From NCBI GenBank assembly GCA_013812005.1, contig JACCUE010000051.1, forward strand, positions 1 through 29,228: DNA of 29,228 nt, in the 5' to 3' direction. The translations under genes and the position numbers were made by a program. The notes beneath the pieces are model-generated. The model did not search any database, was not told where the DNA came from, and saw only the letters and a program-made list of their open reading frames with translations. Source of the stretch: Thermoleophilaceae bacterium. Lineage in GTDB: Bacteria > Actinomycetota > Thermoleophilia > Solirubrobacterales > Thermoleophilaceae. Below are positions 25,741 through 29,228 of this stretch, in pieces; position 1 is the stretch's first letter; every line of letters begins with the position of its first letter.

Positions 25741-26907
25741 CTAGGCCTCTCGCGCTCCTACACCCGTGGCCGGCCGGCCGACGGGCGGGACAGGCACCCC
25801 CGGTGTGCGCGCGACGCCGGCCGCGGCCACGATCGTCCACACGCCGGGCGCGAAGCGGGGCGGGCCGCCGTCGTGGCCCCGAGACTCGACCAGCTGCCGG
25901 CGCAGCTCGAGCAGCCGTAGCACGGTCGCGCAGGTCTCGGCCTGCGGCGCGTCGTCTCCCACCTCGCAGGCGAGGGCGGCCAGCGCCAGCGTCTCCGCCG
26001 GGTCGACACCTTGGAACATCTGCCCGATCGAGGCGGCCAGGAACGTGTAGACGCGATCGAGCAACGGGTCGCGGTCGAGCCGCGCGGGCCCCGGAGCGGG
26101 TCCGGCGTCCAGCGGCGGCTCGCCGGCGACGATCCGGGCCATCTGGCCGCCGAACACCGACCGCAGCCCATCGGCGTCGAGCCCCGCCTGCATCGCGTAG
26201 CGCAGGTTCATGGCGGCTGCAAACGAAGGGGTGGCATACGGCGCGTCGCTGGCGAAGACGATGTGCCGGGGCGCCACCAGCGTATACAGCGCCAGCAGGT
26301 CGCTTGGCGACCACCAGGAGGTGTCGAAGAAGAGGTTGGGATGGTCGTCCACCGCCCGCCAGATCCAGGCCAGGTCGCTGATCCCGGCATGGGCCAGGAT
26401 CAGCCGCACGCCCGGATGGCGCTCGCAGATGGCCACCGCGTGACGGCCCAGCGCCGGGATCCCGCGCCCGGCGTGCACCAGCACGGCCAGCCCGCGCTCC
26501 GAGGCCAGGGCGAAGACGCCCTCCAGCTCGGGCGTGTCGAGGGGGAAGTCCTCCGCGCGGGGGTGGAGCTTGATGCCGACCGCGCCGGTCGCCAGTGAGC
26601 GCTCCGCCTCGGCCAGGGGGCCGGCTCGGGGGTCGAGCCGGCAGAACGCGACGAGCCGCCCGTCCGAGTCGGCGGCCGCCTCGACGGCGGCGTCGTTGGC
26701 GCGGGGGTACCCGTCCGGCTCGTGCATTGCGAACACCGCGGCGCGGGCGCCCGCGACCTCGAGCAGGCCGGTCAGCTCGCCGGGGGTGCACGCGAAGCCG
26801 TCGGGGTCGTTCTGGCCGATGTGGGTGTGGGCGTCGAACAGCTCCAGTCCCGGTACCTGGCCCGCCATCTCCGCCAGCCAGGTCTGGGTGAACTCCTCGT
26901 CGTGCAC
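25741..26907 (-). CDS. Amidohydrolase-family (TIM-barrel metal-dependent) protein
   Basis: DAHTH, GIKLHP, LVHAG, AHAG, FASDAPY. GTG at 26907 lies 7 nt after minus-strand TAGTGT. Confidence 0.85.
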   Translation of the reverse strand: MHDEEFTQTWLAEMAGQVPGLELFDAHTHIGQNDPDGFACTPGELTGLLEVAGARAAVFAMHEPDGYPRANDAAVEAAADSDGRLVAFCRLDPRAGPLAEAERSLATGAVGIKLHPRAEDFPLDTPELEGVFALASERGLAVLVHAGRGIPALGRHAVAICERHPGVRLILAHAGISDLAWIWRAVDDHPNLFFDTSWWSPSDLLALYTLVAPRHIVFASDAPYATPSFAAAMNLRYAMQAGLDADGLRSVFGGQMARIVAGEPPLDAGPAPGPARLDRDPLLDRVYTFLAASIGQMFQGVDPAETLALAALACEVGDDAPQAETCATVLRLLELRRQLVESRGHDGGPPRFAPGVWTIVAAAGVARTPGVPVPPVGRPATGVGAREA

Positions 26908-26930
26908 GGCGAGGACACTACCCGCGGGGT

Positions 26931-28127
26931 TCAGGCGGCCATCGGCACCGCGGAGCGCCCCACGCGGCGGCCCCCCAGAAACGAGAGCGTGGCCCTGTGG
27001 GTCTCCTCCGGCAGCTCCAGCTGAGGCACGTGCCCGCAGTCGAGCACGAGATGACGCGCCTGCGGCAGAACGTCGTGCACGTGGCGGGCGAAGCCGACAG
27101 GCACGATCTCGTCGCGGCTTCCCCACACGAAGAGGCTCTCCGCCTCGAGTCCCCCCAAGCGGGTCCAGAAGCCGTTCTCTCCCCGCGGGGCCTCGAGGTA
27201 GATGTTCCTGGCGGCCGCGTAGAAGGCGGCCCGGCCACTGGGGGAGAGATACGAGCGCAGGAACTCGTCGACGCCGGCCGCGGTCCACTCCGAGCCACGC
27301 GCCGGAACGAGGCGGCGCACCAGGCCCTCCACGATCGCGCGGGGCGCCGGCTGGATCAGACCGAGTTGGGGAGCCACGAGGCGAAGCGGAGCAGCCCAGG
27401 GGCGTGACCGCAGCCAGGCCAGCGACGGAGTCAGCAGCACCAGCCGCCCCACGCGGTCGGGAGCCGAGAGGCCCATCTCCAGCGCGGCCCGTCCACCCAT
27501 GCTGTTGCCGACCACGTCGGCACGGTCGATGCCGAGCGCGTCGAGCAGGGCGACGCCGCTGCGGGCGAAGAAGGCGGGGTCGTAGGCGGCGCGCAGCGGT
27601 TTGTCGGAGTCGCCGAAGCCGGGGAGATCGATAGCGATCGTGCGGTGCGAGCCGGCCAGCGCGGCCAAGGTCGGAAGGAAGGATGCCTTCGTGGCGCCCA
27701 GTCCGTGCAGCGCCAGCACCGGCGGACCCTCTCCCGCCTCCATTACGGAGATCTCCGCACCGGGGGTCTGCACCTGGCGAAAGCGTAGGCGCCCGGGGCC
27801 CTGCTCCGCCGCGGTGGAGGCCAGGAAGCCGACGCCAAGATGCAGGTCGCGGCGCACGGTCAGCCGACCGCTCCGGAAGGCGGCCAGGCCGCCGGTCAGG
27901 TCGTCGGCCAAGGCCCTCCACGTCTCGTCGTCCGCGGTGAGCACGGCGTCCGCTCGTCGGTCGGAGTCCGAGGGTCCGAGGCGGGCACCGTCGCCGTCGA
28001 AGGCAACATCCCAGGACTGCGGACCGCAGCCCTGTAGGCGTACGCAGGCCCTTGCTCGCGCGGGTTCGAAGACGGTGCTGTCGTAGCGCTGGACGAGCGC
28101 CTCCAGCGCGGCGGGGGGCGGGACCAT
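26931..28127 (-). CDS. Alpha/beta hydrolase with N-terminal SCP2-like lipid-binding domain
   Basis: N-terminal ADAVLTADDETW...AFRSGRLTVRRD (SCP2-like); LHGLG, DLPGFGDS, nucleophile GNSMGG, His in CGHVPQ. Start ATG 28127. Confidence 0.82.
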   Translation of the reverse strand: MVPPPAALEALVQRYDSTVFEPARARACVRLQGCGPQSWDVAFDGDGARLGPSDSDRRADAVLTADDETWRALADDLTGGLAAFRSGRLTVRRDLHLGVGFLASTAAEQGPGRLRFRQVQTPGAEISVMEAGEGPPVLALHGLGATKASFLPTLAALAGSHRTIAIDLPGFGDSDKPLRAAYDPAFFARSGVALLDALGIDRADVVGNSMGGRAALEMGLSAPDRVGRLVLLTPSLAWLRSRPWAAPLRLVAPQLGLIQPAPRAIVEGLVRRLVPARGSEWTAAGVDEFLRSYLSPSGRAAFYAAARNIYLEAPRGENGFWTRLGGLEAESLFVWGSRDEIVPVGFARHVHDVLPQARHLVLDCGHVPQLELPEETHRATLSFLGGRRVGRSAVPMAA

Positions 28128-28186
28128 CGCGCCACGAACTCTACCGGCCGGTCCGGCCGGCGGACCGTTATAGGGCCCAGAGCCCT

Positions 28187-29089
28187 CTACGACAGGCCGT
28201 GCTCCAGTGCGCCCTTGACCGCTGCGTCCAGCGCGTTGCACCGGTAGAGCGCCAACGCCTCGGGTGAGCGGAAGCGCTTCCCGGGCAGGCCGTCCGGACC
28301 GTGATGGCCGAGTACGCAGTGCAGCAGGGCCAGCAGCTTGTGGGGCGGGAAGGACCCCAGGGCCGTTGCCCGCTCGGAGATCATCTGCTGTCCGAGCGTA
28401 AGGTGCCCCAGTAGCGCCCCCTCGCTGCTGAGCGTGATCTCGGCCCCGAGGTCGAACTCCCCGATCTTGCCGATGTCGTGGAGGATCGCCGCGGTCACGA
28501 GCAGGTCGGAGTCCAGTCGCGGATGCAGGGCGCAGGTCTCGAGGGCCAGGGTGGCCACGGCCACGGTGTGCTCGATCAGACCGCCCAGGTAGGCGTGGTG
28601 GCCGCCGCGGGTACACGGAGCCCGGCGCAGCTCCTCGCGGAGCTCGGGGTCGGAGAGCACCGCTTCGAGCAGGCGCCGGTGGTCGGCGTCGTATACCTCC
28701 CGGGACAGGTGTTCGAGGAAGCCGTCGAGCTCCTCCATGTCGCGGTAGGCCACCGGTAGGAAGTCGCCCGGGTCGAGACCCTCGGCTTCGACGCGCGCTA
28801 TGGAGCGCACCTCGATCTGCAGCTCGTCTCGGAACCGCTCCACGCTGCCGGCCACGCGAACCAGGTCCCCGCGGTCGAACTTTCCGGCCATGAAGTCGGC
28901 GTCGCGGAAGATCCGGGCGGGTATGGCGCCGGTCCTGTCGCGCAGTTCGAGCGCGAGGTAGGAAGCGCCGCTGCGCGCCGTGAGGCGGTCCTTGCGAGAG
29001 CAGGCGAAGGGCCCGTCGACCTCACCGCCCGCGCGCAGCTCGGCCACGGTGGTCCTGTCTGTGGTCATGGCCGCGGTCATGGTCTTCAT
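28187..29089 (-). CDS. YhaM/Cbf1-like 3'-5' exoribonuclease (OB fold + HD domain)
   Basis: N-terminal OB fold YLALELRDRTG, HHAYLGGLIEHT, LHDIGK, GHL, HHG. The start could be ATG 29089, 29080 or 29068. Confidence 0.82.
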   Translation of the reverse strand: MKTMTAAMTTDRTTVAELRAGGEVDGPFACSRKDRLTARSGASYLALELRDRTGAIPARIFRDADFMAGKFDRGDLVRVAGSVERFRDELQIEVRSIARVEAEGLDPGDFLPVAYRDMEELDGFLEHLSREVYDADHRRLLEAVLSDPELREELRRAPCTRGGHHAYLGGLIEHTVAVATLALETCALHPRLDSDLLVTAAILHDIGKIGEFDLGAEITLSSEGALLGHLTLGQQMISERATALGSFPPHKLLALLHCVLGHHGPDGLPGKRFRSPEALALYRCNALDAAVKGALEHGLS

Positions 29090-29143
29090 GGTGGAAGATC
29101 GGTCGGACCGACCGCTCCGGACGCTGCTATACGGTGAACCCTG

Positions 29144-29228
29144 ATGTCCGACGTGATCTGGAGCGAGCGACCGTCGCTGCGCCGGCCGGTGCTGGTGGCG
29201 GCCTTCGGCGGCTGGAACGACGCGGGCG
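29144..29228 (+). CDS. PAC2 (proteasome assembly chaperone) family protein, 3'-truncated
   Basis: MSDVIWSERPSLRRPVLVAAFGGWNDAG matches the family N-terminal motif as recalled. TACGGT lies 8 nt before the ATG. Confidence 0.75.
   Translation, partial: MSDVIWSERPSLRRPVLVAAFGGWNDAG

Noticed and set aside
21071-29089. polX, HD nuclease and hydrolases as an anti-phage or defence island
   Set aside because: All are common housekeeping families interspersed with ppm1, otsB and trxA; no mobility genes, composition shift or defence-specific domains were seen.
29068-29089. Three in-frame ATGs at the HD gene start (MKTMTAAMTT) suggesting a tandem repeat
   Set aside because: Only short ACCATG similarity; more simply an ambiguous start site.

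Overview
High-GC actinobacterial chromosome segment. Gene content and style suggest class Thermoleophilia/Solirubrobacterales; this is an inference, as no marker gene is present. It is densely packed with housekeeping and metabolic genes: a 5'-truncated FtsH-like protease, chrA, an mce-hyp-PAP2-ychF operon, a SpoIID/LytB protein, an alpha/beta-hydrolase-adenylate cyclase fusion, a ThDP enzyme + gabD operon, a tandem DUF1990-like protein, fumC, MarR, ileS, a tautomerase, trxA, ppm1, polX, otsB, a split TauE/SafE pair, STAS and USP-like proteins, an amidohydrolase, an SCP2-hydrolase, a YhaM-like HD nuclease and the start of a PAC2 gene. No transposase, integrase, tRNA/rRNA or CRISPR-cas was seen. 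The most interesting signals are four: (1) a ~95-nt structured intergenic element present twice (7162-7256 minus, 20969-21063 plus), built of four related 11-mers separated by short, partly palindromic spacers; (2) an acetolactate-synthase-like gene resembling the cyanobacterial 2-oxoglutarate decarboxylase clade, in an operon with succinate-semialdehyde dehydrogenase; (3) a cyclase whose hydrolase domain appears to have lost its catalytic Ser and His; (4) pervasive leaderless promoters, including three overlapping bidirectional -10 elements. Several start codons were corrected relative to the ORF track using -10 or SD positions. All family calls come from motif recognition, not database searches.
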